A DNA stretch of 64,000 nt from Eledone cirrhosa (taxonomy: Eukaryota): assembly GCA_964016885.1 (NCBI GenBank), contig OZ024742.1:101122001-101186000 (forward strand), given 5' to 3'. Shown one piece after another: positions 28,448 to 40,520 of this stretch. The notes under the pieces were generated by a model. It was given only the letters and a program-made list of their open reading frames with translations, was not told the DNA's origin and made no database searches. A program made the position numbers and the translations under genes. The stretch's first letter is position 1. Every line of letters starts with the position of its first letter.

Positions 28448-28470
28448 ATTTTATTACCCATTATTATTTT

Positions 28471-29092
28471 CGGACGCCATGCTTTGACGCATAGAGTTTC
28501 GGCCCTTGCCATTCTGAGTTCAAATCCCGCCGAGGTTAACTTTGCTTTTCATCCTTACGGGGTCGATAAAATAAAGTACCAGTAATACACTGGGTAAGTG
28601 CTGGCCTTGTGCCTATATAAGAAACCATTATTTATTGGCAGTATCGGTAGAGGGTTGGTTGCCATGCTTTCTAGCATAGTTACGTCCCTTTACAGTCTGA
28701 GTTCAAATCCCGCCGAGGTTAACTTTGCCATTTATCCTTACGGGGTCGATAAAATAAAGTACCAGTAATACACTGGGTAAGTGCTGGCCTTGTGCCTAAA
28801 GTAGAAACAATTATTATTCAGACTGGGCGATGTGTTGTTTGCTTGAGCAAGGCACTTTATTTCACATTGCTCCAGTTTACTCAGCTGTAGAAATGAGATG
28901 ATAGGGACTGGGGTCCCTATCATTCCAGTGCAAAGTGGTCGTGGAGGTGCCACGGCAAAAAAGCGCCCAGCACTCACTGTAAATGAGGTTGGTGTTAGGA
29001 AGGGCATCCAGCTGTAGAAATCCAGCCAGAATCAGTTCCCGTCCCACCCTTGCAAGCAGGGAAAAGTGGACGTAAAATGAAATGAAATGATG
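28471..29092 (+). mobile_element. Tandem SINE cluster: two family A copies followed by a headless family B copy
   Basis: A-type units at about 28471-28635 and 28636-28818; B-type body and RTE-like tail at 28819-29092. Confidence 0.8.
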
Positions 29093-30962
29093 AATACCAT
29101 CCATCATGATGCTGTTTACTAAATGTCACCCAAGTGTTTCTGTTTCATATACATACCATTAAGGCATTTGTCATAATATTAGACAAAGTTAGAAAGGGCA
29201 ATAATGTAAGAACTTCAGAAATACACACATGGTGACATAACAGAACTTGGAATAATACTATATTTTGTGTTTCACTGGATTGGTGCTCCCCTCTTTGTGT
29301 CTCAATTCTCAAATGGATGCTTTAAATATGAAGTTGGTGATTGAATGGAGACAATGTAGGGTAGAGAGGACTCCTTAGTTTTGCCAAGTACCTGACAACC
29401 TCTCTAATGTTGGTGCACTATAAAGTGCTTGGTGACAGAAGAGCATCCAGCAGCAGAAACCATGCCAAAAATTGGAATGAATGAGTGAAACATGGTTCTC
29501 TGATCTGTCTAGGGGGCTAATATAACTCAATAAGAAGTGACTCAAACTGTGATGATTTTTCCAATCCATACCAGCACAGAACATCAGATGTGATGATGAT
29601 GATAATATATGTATATGGTTGAGGTGTGAGAAGAGGGAGAGAGAAAGGGGAAAAACAGGGTTGGTGTGGCCAGTTTATGTCTACTTAATGGAATTTAGAA
29701 TACCTAACAGAAATATCTTGAGAGAGGAGATAGGAGAAAGAGAGAAGGCTGGGATAATGAGGGAAGCAATGGGGAGAGGTTATGAGAGACAGAATGGGAA
29801 AGAGATATAAAGGAGAGAGAGGGTGATGGCAGGAGAAATGGGAAGGGTAAAGAGAGAGAAAGGAAAAGAGGGATGAAGAGATCTGAGTTGCTTCAAGATC
29901 TGCTTCTGTCAAAAAAGTATTTTGAGTTGATCAAATAAACATATCTTTGGTGACTGAGACAGAGAAGGAGGCAGCAGAGAGAAGGGGGGGGGGGGGGGGG
30001 CAAACCATGATGGAACTTGATGAAGTAAGAACTGGTGGTTGAGTTAGATATAAATATGTAGGCTGAGAAAACTAAGGATGGTGATTGAAGGAATTTCAAA
30101 CATTGGCATATGTAGGTAGGGGAATGTGGTGGGTAGTCCAGTATTTGTAATTCTAAGCGACAAGATATCAGTTCAATGTGAGGCCTCACCACTTCAAAGT
30201 GAGAATAAAAGTGAGTACAACTTAAAAGTGAGAATAGTGATTTCAAAATGATACTAACACAAAAAGATTTAACTATGATATTTTGAAAGCCTGACAGAGA
30301 GCATGAAATAACATTGTAACATCATTTGTAATACCAACAATGTGAACTTGTTTAGTTAATTATAAGTTTTTATCAACCAAATAATGAGGCAAAAAACTCA
30401 TTATGTGGTTATAATGTATTTTCCTTTTTTTTTTCCGGTTCATAGGAAAGGCACCCTACTGTAGAAATCTTGTCAAACAAGGAGTTGGGAGGACCTTTCA
30501 GTTGTATGAAAGACATGATAACCTCTCCTGTACACCCGGAAGAACGTATGATTGTATGTGAGATGCAGACCCCCACTCACAGCCTGTCTTGGAAGTCAGT
30601 ACTCACACTTTAGTATAGAATTGGTCTATGTAAACTTGTCCAACCTTGCGAGCAGGGAATGTGGATGTTAAATGATGATGATAAGTATACCAATGGCAGT
30701 ATTTCATGATCATAATCTATCTACTAACAGACACTTGTGTCTACTTTGACCATGTTTACTTGATGCTGTTTACCTAGGCACTACAGAAACACTGTTCAAA
30801 GAATAAGCAATTTAACTCTTAAATGATTAGGTGCTGCACTGTTCCTAAAAAAAAATGTTTGTTAAACAATCTTAGAAGCTGCACAGTCAATCAGATTTTA
30901 CCAATGCAATAATTCCATAGAAAAGTTATGATTATGATTTTAAAAAGAGTGGACACAGTGCA

Positions 30963-31186
30963 ACACCTGATCCAATAATCCATGAGCTTATAATCTTGAG
31001 CCCAACAACCTAACCACACACACCTGGTCCAAGAATCAACTTCATGAGCTTACAATCTTGAACTCAACAACCTAACCACACACACCTGGTCCAAGAATCA
31101 ACTTCATGAGCTTACAATCTTGAGCTCAACAACCTAACAACACACCTAGTCCAAGAATCAACTTCAGGAATTTACAATCCTAAGTT
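30963..31186 (-). repeat. About 60-bp tandem repeat (3-4 copies) derived from a SINE head
   Basis: cacctggtccaagaatcaacttcatgagcttacaatcttgagctcaacaacctaaccaca is repeated. Confidence 0.75.
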
Positions 31187-31231
31187 GATTCCAATTTTCA
31201 ATCCTAAGTTGATTTCCAATTTACAATCCTA

Positions 31232-32298
31232 AGTTGATTCCAATTTTTCCAGCCATCCATCTAATCTACGAAGGTATTTTAGCCTACATATTGTTGTTAA
31301 TATTATGATGTTCCCTGCTGTATTAGCGTTAAATTTTTCCTGCTGTATTAGCGATAAATTTTCGAGGGTTTCTCTTAGTAGTTTTTCATGACGTTATTAT
31401 TGTTAATTTTACTGATGTAGTATTAACTTGGATATTTACCATGCGGTATTCTAATCCTATTGTATCTCTCTCAGTTATTTACCATGCGATCCTCAGTTCC
31501 TACCCCCCCCCCCTCTCTATGCACTTCTTTAAGGCTTACTACCCTGTCTTTAACCTAATTCATTCAATCTGAAAATATTGAAGAGATAAGACACTTTCCC
31601 ATTCTTCTCTGCTAAAATGTATCACTAGAGTTGATTCCAATTTTTCCAGCCATCCATCTAATCTACGAAGGTATTTTAGCCTACATATTGTTGTTAATAT
31701 TATGATGTTCCCTGCTGTATTAGCGTTAAATTTTTCCTGCTGTATTAGCGATAAATTTTCGAGGGTTTCTCTTAGTAGTTTTTCATGACGTTATTATTGT
31801 TAATTTTACTGATGTAGTATTAACTTGGATATTTACCATGCGGTATTCTAATCCTATTGTATCTCTCTCAGTTATTTACCATGCGACCCTCAGTTCCTAC
31901 CCCCCCCCCCTCTCTATGCACTTCTTTAAGGCTTACTACCCTGTCTTTAACCTAATTCATTCAATCTGAAAATATTGAAGAGATAAGACACTTTCCCATT
32001 CTTCTCTGCTAAATTGTATCACTAGAGTTGATTCCAATTTTTCCAGCCATCCATCTAATCTACGAAGGTATTTTAGCCTACATATTGTTGTTAATATTAT
32101 GATGTTCCCTGCTGTATTAGCGTTAAATTTTCCCTGCTGTATTAGCGATAAATTTTCGAGGGTTTCTCTTAGTAGTTTTTCATGACGTTATTATTGTTAA
32201 TTTTACTGATGTAGTATTAACTTGGATATTTACCATGCGGTATTCTAATCCTATTGTATCTCTCTCAGTTATTTACCATGCGACCCTCAGTTCCTACC
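31232..32298 (+). repeat. 397-bp tandem repeat (about 2.7 near-identical copies) forming the RTE 5' region
   Basis: The unit start agttgattccaattttt recurs at 31232, 31629 and 32026. Confidence 0.93.
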
Positions 32299-32540
32299 TC
32301 ACAATTCCCCCCCCCCCACCCCCACACACCACCATAGTCTATTCGACCAATCAAATCTAGCATGCCATTTCCACTGCTGCTGCTGCTACTACCTGCCTAA
32401 CTAACTCTCTCCTCCTCTGGCGCATCCCAACACACCCTGCCATTACCCCACCACCACTGTTCTTCTAGCCCTCATATTTCCCACCGTTATGGATGGATGA
32501 GCTGGGAATACACGAGCAACTCTGAATCAATAGATGAAAT

Positions 32541-35500
32541 ATGAATCTGCGAGCTACCAAGCACCCACGTGAAGCGCCAACCCAGAGACGCTCCCCTACG
32601 AGTGTCGACAAATGCCCAAAACTCCGAGTTGGTACCATCAATGTAGGCTCAATGAAAGGAAGAGCAGGAGAAATCGTAGAAATGCTAGAGCGAAAGGAAG
32701 TTGATGTATGCTGTGTACAAGAGACTAGATGGAGAGGAGGGTCTGCTAGAGTCCTTGTAGGAAAAAGCCAGTGCTACAAATTTTTCTGGGTGGGAAATGA
32801 CGATGGGATGGGTGGTGTAGGTATACTATTAGCTGACAAGTGGGTAGATAAAGTAATCTCAGTGTACAGGGTAAATGCAAGAATCATTAAACTCAGACTA
32901 GTCCTGAATAAGACAATTACCACAATAATATCAGCTTACGCACCCCAATCGGGGCTGCCAGACGAACTTAAGGATAGGTTTTACGAGTCCCTAATACACA
33001 CTACTGCTCTAACAGACAACAAGGACTTCCTAATCATTGCAGGAGATTTTAACGGACACGTAGGTAAACACTGCGACGGCTTCAATAGAGTACATGGAGG
33101 CCATGGAGTTGGCACAAGGAATGAGGAAGGATTCAGACTTCTAGAATTCTGCGACGCCAATGACATGTCAATATGTAACACAAACTTTAAAAAACCCGAC
33201 AACCACCTGATCACCTATAGATCAGGGGAGCACTCTAGTCAGATTTTATCCTCATCAGAGGACGTGACAGATGGACGGTCGTAAACACAAAAGCCTTCCC
33301 TAGTGAGGAATGTACATCCCAACATAGCTTAGTTGTCAGTGACCTCACGGTCAGAACTAGACGAGCCCTGAAACAGAGGCCAACCTGGAGAAGAAAGATC
33401 TGGAAGCTGAAAGTCCCCTCAACCAGTAACAGATTTAAAGATATTTTACTCAACGCCTACGACAGTAAAGAAGAACAGATAGAGACATTTAACGTAGAAG
33501 AGAACTGGGAGTTCCTAAAAAATAACTTACTAGAGGCGACGGATGAGGTTTGTGGCTGGAGTAAGACCTCAAGCAGGAGGAGAGTGACTTGGTGGTGGAA
33601 CAATAAGATAGATGAAGCAGTCAAGGCCAAGAGACAGGCATGGAAAGAATGGAAGAACGGGGGGAGCAGGGTACATTACATAGAGACCAAGAGGGAAGCT
33701 AGGCGACAAGTATACTTAGCTAGGAGGGAAGCAGAGGATAGAAAATTCAAGCATGTTTTACAACGTGAGGACCAGAAACAGGAGGTATTCAAGATTGCGA
33801 GGCAGTGTGTCAGAGATAGTTGTGATGTCATTGGAGAGAAGTGTATCCGGAATGATAAAGGTGAGCTTGCCCTCACAAGTGCTGAGAAGAAAGATGCATG
33901 GAAGAGTCATTATGATAGATTACTAAATGAGGAGAATGCATGGGAAGAAGAGACCCTACCCCACGTAGACCCTATAGAGGGACCAGCAGTACAAGTCAGC
34001 GGCAGCGTAGTAAGTAAGGCAATCAGAGATATGAAGATAGGGAAGGCAACCGGTCCATCGGGTATAGCTGCCGAGATGCTGAAGGCATCTGGGTCTGTAG
34101 GTCACACTATAACCACACGTATCGTTAACCAGGTAATACTAGAGGGGGCCATACCAAAAGATTGGTGCAGTAGCATCATTGTCAACTGCTACAAAGGTAA
34201 AGGCGATGCACTAGATAGAGGAAACTATAGAGGTATAAAGTTGATGGACCAGGTCATGAAAGTAACAGAAAGAGTTATAGCACAGCTGATTAGGGACCGG
34301 GTGAATATAGACGAGATGCAATTTGGGTTTGTACCAGGGAAAGGCACCACTGATGCGCTCTTCCTTGTGAGGCAATTACAGGAAAAGTACCTAGCTAAAA
34401 GTAAGCCACTCTACTTGGCATTTGTCGACCTTGAGAAAGCCTTTGACAGAGTTCCACGTGCAGTAATCTGGTGGGCTCTTAGAAAACTAGGAGTAGATGA
34501 ATGGCTTGTGAAAGCGGTACAAGCCATGTATAGGGGAGCAGTCAGCAAAGTTAGGATTGGCAATGAGTATAGCGAGGAATTTAGCGTACAGGTTGGGGTC
34601 CACCAGGGCTCTGTTCTTAGCCCTCTCCTGTTCATCATAGTCCTGCAGGCAATAACGGAGGAGTTTAAGACCGGATGCCCATGGGAACTCCTGTATGCTG
34701 ATGACCTCGCACTCATAGCTGAATCTATGGTAGAACTAGAGAATAAATTCCAAACCTGGAAGCAGGGACTAGAGAGAAAGGGCCTCAAAGTCAACATGAC
34801 AAAGACTAAGGTCCTTATAAGTAGACGAGAAAACAGAACCCAGATCCCCTCAGGGAAATGGCCTTGCTCAGTATGTAGGAAAGGTGTAGGTAGGAACTCC
34901 ATTCTCTGCCCCAAATGCAAACAATGGGTACACAAGAGATGTAGCGGGATCTCAGGAAGCTTAATTAAGAATGTAGGATTCACATGCAGCAGCTGTGCTG
35001 AAACAGCAAGCAAACAGCCACAGGAAACAAGTACCACCAATCTCTGGGAGGGCCCTGTAGAAACAGTAGACAGCTTCTGCTACCTAGGTGACCGAATTAG
35101 CAACGGAGGTGGGTGCTCAGAAAGTACAATAACTAGGGTAAGAACAGGATGGAAGAAGTTTAGGGAACTACTACCACTGCTAGCTGCAAAAGGCTTCTCC
35201 CTCAGAATGAAAGGCAGACTGTATGATGCGTGTATCCGAACAGCGATGTTGCATGGTAGTGAGACCTGGGCGCTGAAGGTGGAAGACTTACGTAGATTAG
35301 AGAGAAACGAAGCCTGCATGCTCCGATGGATGTGTAACAGTAATATACGTGAACGACAAAGCATAAAGGAATTGAGAGAGAGACTGAGCATAAGAGGAAT
35401 CAAATGCTGCGTGCAGGAGAGGCGGTTACGCTGGTATGGACATGTGATGCGTATGAAGGATGACAGCTGCATAAAAAGGTGCAGAGCACTAGAAGTTGAT

Positions 35501-35656
35501 GGAAACCGCGGAGTGGGGAGACCCAAGATGACTTGGGATGAGGTGATAAAAGCCGACCTTACCCAACTACACCTCTCAAAGTCAATGACACACGACCGTG
35601 ACTTCTGGCGTCACGCAGTAATACAGGGTACCCGACCTCCCATGGGTACATGCTGA
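32541..35656 (+). pseudogene. RTE ORF (APE endonuclease + reverse transcriptase) with a single frameshift near 33244
   Basis: APE motifs (GTINVGSM, CVQETRW, SAYAPQ, AGDFNGH) in 32541-33244. The second frame is open from 33245 (FILIRGRDRW...QHSLVV) to 35656 with RT motifs NYRGIKLM, QFGFVPG, FVDLEKAFD, GVHQGSVLSP, YADD, FCYLG. The shift looks like loss of 4 nt from SQI(D)FIL. Confidence 0.92.
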
Positions 35657-35672
35657 AGCATATAAACAATAT

Positions 35673-36152
35673 GGAACTGATCTGGCTTGATTTCTACAGC
35701 TGGATGCCCTTCCTAACACCAACCTCATTTACAGTGAGTGCTGGGTGCTTTTTCGTGGCGCCTACACGTCCACTTTACAATGTGGGCTGGGTGCTTTTTT
35801 GCCGTGGCACCTCCACGACCACCTTGCGGGGGGGGGGGGGGGGGGCATATTGTTTATATGCTTCAGCATGTACCCATGGGAGGTCGGGTACCCTGTATTA
35901 CTGCGTGACTTCTGGCGTCACGCAGTAATACAGGGTACCCGACCTCCCATGGGTACATGCTGAAGCATATAAACAATATGCCCCCCCCCCCCCCCCCGCA
36001 AGGTGGTCGTAGAGGTGCCACGGCAAAAAAGCACCCAGCCCACACTGTAAAGTGGACGTGTAGGCGCCACGAAAAAGCACCCAGCACTCACTGTAAATGA
36101 GGTTGGTGTTAGGAAGGGCATCCAGCTGTAGAAATCAAGCCAGATCAGTTCC
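35673..36152. repeat. Inverted repeat with about 237-bp arms and a 7-nt spacer in the RTE 3' end
   Basis: 35673-35909 is the reverse complement of 35917-36152, with a few mismatches. Confidence 0.92.
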
Positions 36153-38879
36153 TGTATGAGCAAGGCATGGTCAGCCGACCAGACACTGCCCACAACAGGA
36201 CAACCCGTCTAACCCATGCTAGCGTGGAAGAACGGACGTAAAACGGTGATGATGATGATGATGATGATGAAGTTCAACAACCTAACCACATACACACACC
36301 TCACAGACATCCCCACTCTCAAAAATGCAATTACTGAGTAACCAATAACTTAATTCCTACAGAAATACAAATACCTTAAGCTTGGAAGAATTTAGTCAGA
36401 AAGTGTAGCTCAACAGATTTGTTTTATTTTTCTTGTTTTCGAAATAAAAACTATATTATCCAAAATGCCAAGAATATTCCCAAAGAGCGGCCAGTAAAAG
36501 TTATAGGATAGAAATAAAGTGATAAAAATAGAGGCATCAATCTCATAAAACATGGTGATATATAATCTGAGAGGATTAGAAGAACATGACAGAGGAATTA
36601 ATAAAATATTTCAAAAACATAATATATTTATTCATCAGCTATTTAAAACAGATTCAATCTTGTTTAACTAAAGTGGATCATTAATGTTGGTGAAGTTATG
36701 TTTTAACAGTAAAATTAGAAGGCTTTACAAAAATAAAAATGATGAGAATAAACAGTGAAAAAAAAATGTTCACATTTTTATGTTAGCTATACATTACTGT
36801 TTGGAATGTTTTTGAGATTTCAGACAATCTCTGTGAAAAGGTTTGACATTCAGCCAGTAACAACAAAAGGTAGGGAGGTTATGTCAATGACCTAACAACT
36901 TCCTTACTGCTGGTGGATATCAAGGTGGATTTTTATCTGAAGTTGTCCCTTCCATTACCCTTAAACAATGCACCCCAAAGCTAGTTCAATATCTTGCCTC
37001 AAAATCTCTTTTCCTATCTCTCTAGATATATTCTGATCTTTGGATACAAGCTCCAGTTGTCCAATTCTAAGACATTTGTGATTGCTGTGCATGTGTGGCC
37101 TCTATTCTTGATGCTGTTGATTCGCTGGTTGGAAATAGCTCAACCCATCCTGGGTGAACAGTGTCACAAGTTAAAAAAAAGAAAGAAAAGCAAAGTGCAC
37201 TGTCTCATAAGGGAGAGTTTTCTAACATATCACACTCACATCAAACACCTTAATGTCGATGGAGACAGCCATTTCTAACACCTTCAATTTTTCTCACTCC
37301 TTAAACCTTTAGCATTTAAACCAGCCATATCCAGCCAGAATTCTCTCACCTCTTTCTGTTCAAACCAGCCCCAACCGGCCCCTCATACTGATGTTAAGGT
37401 ATTGTTCTCAATAAATAATATTAAAATCTCGTAGATTTGATATTATGTGTGATAAATATGTGAGGTAAAGCCTTTACTGTGAAAATACCATACTTTATAT
37501 AGAGTAATGTAAATGCTAAAAGGCTAATGACTATACACATACACACTCAAAAGTAAATGGATTTATGTCAATTTCAACTGAGTTTTCTAGTTCGACCAAC
37601 AGTACTACCGACCAGGGACTGAGGTGTCACAGGGGATATACCCCCTCCAACACACACACCAAAACATTCCATAAAAAAATAATAGTGGAGTACAGAGTAA
37701 AAAATATTTCAGTATTTTAACACTTCTAATATACATATATATATATATATATTGAGTCCCAGGATTAGCTGGCTGAAGGGCGGAGGGATGGAGCACAATG
37801 CTAGAAACCATAACTCCATTAAATCAAAATTACTATGGAAACAACAAAAGTCACCCAATGCACCACAGGGAGCAACTGAAACTAAAAAAGGAGGAGGACG
37901 ATGCACACCAGTACTACTTTTGTAAAACCAGATCTACTGGGAACATTCTCCTATGTTACATTGTAACCTCTGTGCTGTCTTTTTGCCTTTTCTCCTGCTA
38001 CTACAGTATTCTAATACAACACAGCACTATGGCTGCATTACATTAAATATTAAAGTCTTTAGTTTACTGAAAATGTTTAAATACCTGTCCTCTAGTAAAG
38101 ATACTAGAAACATATGAATTAACAAATCTGTTTTTAGATATTTTCTACTAAATCATTACAAGAGGTAAGAGTTACGACCGATGAATAGATATTAGGGCTA
38201 TTAGATGAAGAGAAAACAAGGACCTTTGTAGAAATGATCGAAGAAACAGGAGGAAAATGTAGCTCAACAATTGGTCAGTCTAAACTTCATTTTCTTCAAT
38301 GGAAAATATATAGCGTTTTACTGATGAAACCACCATATTGAGTGCCTTTAGTGGAGTTCATTTTGTTGCAAGCACTTGGGCCAGTCTTGAGTCCCTGAAA
38401 AGAGCCATGGACATTGCCCTTCCTTTTCTCCCTGTGCTATACAAAACAAATATTGGGTTTTCTTTTTGCATCAAAACCCATCAATATATCTCACTTTATA
38501 TATCATGCCTGAATTGATTCAGGATTGACACAAATCATCATAAAAATATGAAAATTTGACTGCGAGTCAATGAATCAGAGCATAAGCTTGAGGTAACCAA
38601 AACAAATCACAGATCTATATTGTTTCACTGTAAGATTAAAGGCAGATGATGAATTAGCAGAGTCATTAGAGCATCCAATTAAATATTTTGGTATTTGTCC
38701 CAACCGTCTAAGCTTTGAGTTCAAATCCTTCCGAGGTCAAATTTGCCTTTTATCCTTTTCAAGTTGATAAAGTACCAATCCAGAGGCAGTGGTTTGCAGA
38801 ATCTTTAAAGGTGTCAGATGGGATGCATTGCAGTATATGTTCTGGATTAAAGTTCTGAGTTCAAATCCTGCCTCTTATC

Positions 38880-39175
38880 ACCGGAACAGAGGTGTCACTT
38901 CTGCCAGGAGTTATGATCAGTAGATAGTATACACCTTTCTCAGCAGTCTGGCCTTCATGGGAAGTAATCGATCTAAAAGACCAGAGGATAGTATATCCTA
39001 TTCCCAGGAGGCAGGCCTCTCATGGGAAGTAACAGGCCTAAAAAAAACAGCAGATAGTATGCCTCTTCTCCAGTAGGCCAGCCGCTTGTGGGAAGTAAGT
39101 GACCTAAAAGTTCAGCAAATACCTCTTCCCCAACAAGCTGATCTCTTGTGAGAAGTAATTGACCCAAAAACAATT
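38880..39175. repeat. Degenerate ~58-bp tandem repeat (4-5 copies)
   Basis: Recurring ...gatagtata...ggcc.tc.tgggaagtaa...cctaaaa... Confidence 0.65.
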
Positions 39176-39218
39176 ATGAAATATATCCAAAATGTTTTAT
39201 ACTCTGCTGTAAGTGGAA

Positions 39219-39410
39219 ATAATTGTTTCTACTTTTGGCACCAGGCCAGCAATTATCCCAGTGCATTACTGGTACTTTATTTTATCGACCCCCGTAAGGA
39301 TGAAAGGCAAAGTTAACTTCGGCGGGATTTGAACTCAGATCATAAAGGGAGGTAACTCTATGCTTCAAAGCATGGCGCCCGACACTCTACCAATACTGCC
39401 AATCCACCGC
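39219..39410 (-). mobile_element. SINE family A, about 60 nt downstream of the MRLC donor site
   Basis: Reverse-complement match to 5333-5527. Confidence 0.85.
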
Positions 39411-39471
39411 TGTAAGTGGAAATAATGATTAGAAGAAATAATTAAAGAGATAGAAATGTAGTTCTTTTTAC

Positions 39472-39655
39472 CTAAAGATGCTAGCATGTCATGGAGATCC
39501 TCTTTGTCAATTAGTCCATCTTTATTTTGATCTATCATATTGAAAGCTTCTTTGAATTCCTGAATTTGAGCTTGATCAAACATAGCAAAGACATTTGAAG
39601 TGGCCCGTTGTGCCCTCTTCTTTGTCGTCTTTCCTTTAGTTTTGCGGCTCGACAT
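39472..39655 (-). CDS. Non-muscle myosin II regulatory light chain (sqh/MYL9/MYL12-like), first coding exon
   Basis: Translates [61 protein letters not shown](G): the RATSNVF phosphorylation motif and EF-hand 1. Acceptor tctttcag lies 4 nt before the ATG (exon starts 39659, implying an upstream non-coding exon); phase-1 donor GTAAAA at 39471. Confidence 0.96.
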
Positions 39656-40291
39656 TTTGCTGAAAGAAGAAAAACAATTATAAGATAAAATCATTTAAAC
39701 CCCTTTAATATACTTTCCAAATACACACCCACACACCATTTTACTAACATGTAGTGACTAACCCCATCAACTAATCAACTGTTACATACATCTATAATAA
39801 CAATATCATTAAAATGTTTTTCTCTGTATCATTCTTTTTACCTTTCTCACCATAATTCTAACTTTTTAAAAATTTATAATGCCTGAGGCGTTTAGTAATA
39901 TCACTTTCTCATTATTAAGCTGGCGTTTGGTATATAATTGAAGTCTTTAAAAAAATTATGATGGGAGATTTTTAGTTCATGAAATAATTTGTAGCTCTTG
40001 ATTTGTTCTTTACACACCCAACAGGCATTCAGGAGGGGGTTATCTGTGATGGTGGAGCAGCATATTGGTTTCATAGTAACCGTGAATATATGGATGTTTG
40101 TCATTTCAACATTTGTCTCATAGAATAAAATGAAAATACTAGAAAAATTAAATGGATATTTCTAAAAAGGGTAACTGTTAAAATAATTTTCTTAAATTGG
40201 ATGACTCAACATCTATTTTGCCACCATGAAATCCCTTTGATAACAAAACACCTGAAACTGCCCTTGGTTCTACGACACAAAGCTGTTTATT

Positions 40292-40520
40292 TTAACCCTT
40301 TAGTATTTACATTATTCTATATTTACTATTATATTTTCATAGTAAAGGCTTTATCTCACATAATTATTTCACATAATATCGAATCTATGAGATTTTGATA
40401 TCATTTATTTTGAGAACAATACCTTAACATAAATATAAGCAGCCGGTTATGACCAGTTTGAACAGAAAGAGTTGAGGGAATTGTGGCCTGATATGGCCAG
40501 TTTAAATACTAATGGGTTAA
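40292..40520. mobile_element. Second TTAA-flanked MITE family, nested in a copy of the first
   Basis: TTAA-CCCTTTAGTATTTA ... TAAATACTAATGGG-TTAA; a reverse-oriented relative lies at 37301-37528. Confidence 0.65.

Larger units (their letters stand above)
31187..36269 (+). mobile_element. Near full-length RTE-clade non-LTR retrotransposon (LINE) in the MRLC intron, antisense to the gene
   Basis: APE endonuclease plus RT ORF, 3' UTR ending in a (GAT)n tail, and a candidate TSD aagtt at 31182-31186 and 36270-36274. The interrupted SINE-derived repeat resumes after the tail. Confidence 0.92.

Noticed and set aside
31232-32298. CRISPR array or hammerhead-bearing retrozyme array
   Set aside because: No spacers, and I found no CUGANGA/GAAA core in the 397-bp unit.
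34411-35526. Antisense ORFs of 209 aa and 148 aa (also at 19548-20663)
   Set aside because: Shadow frames opposite the RT ORF; they recur only because the element is duplicated.
39365-39694. 109-aa ORF as a complete single-exon gene
   Set aside because: Only 39472-39655 is MRLC-like; the ends read through the splice sites into intron and SINE sequence.
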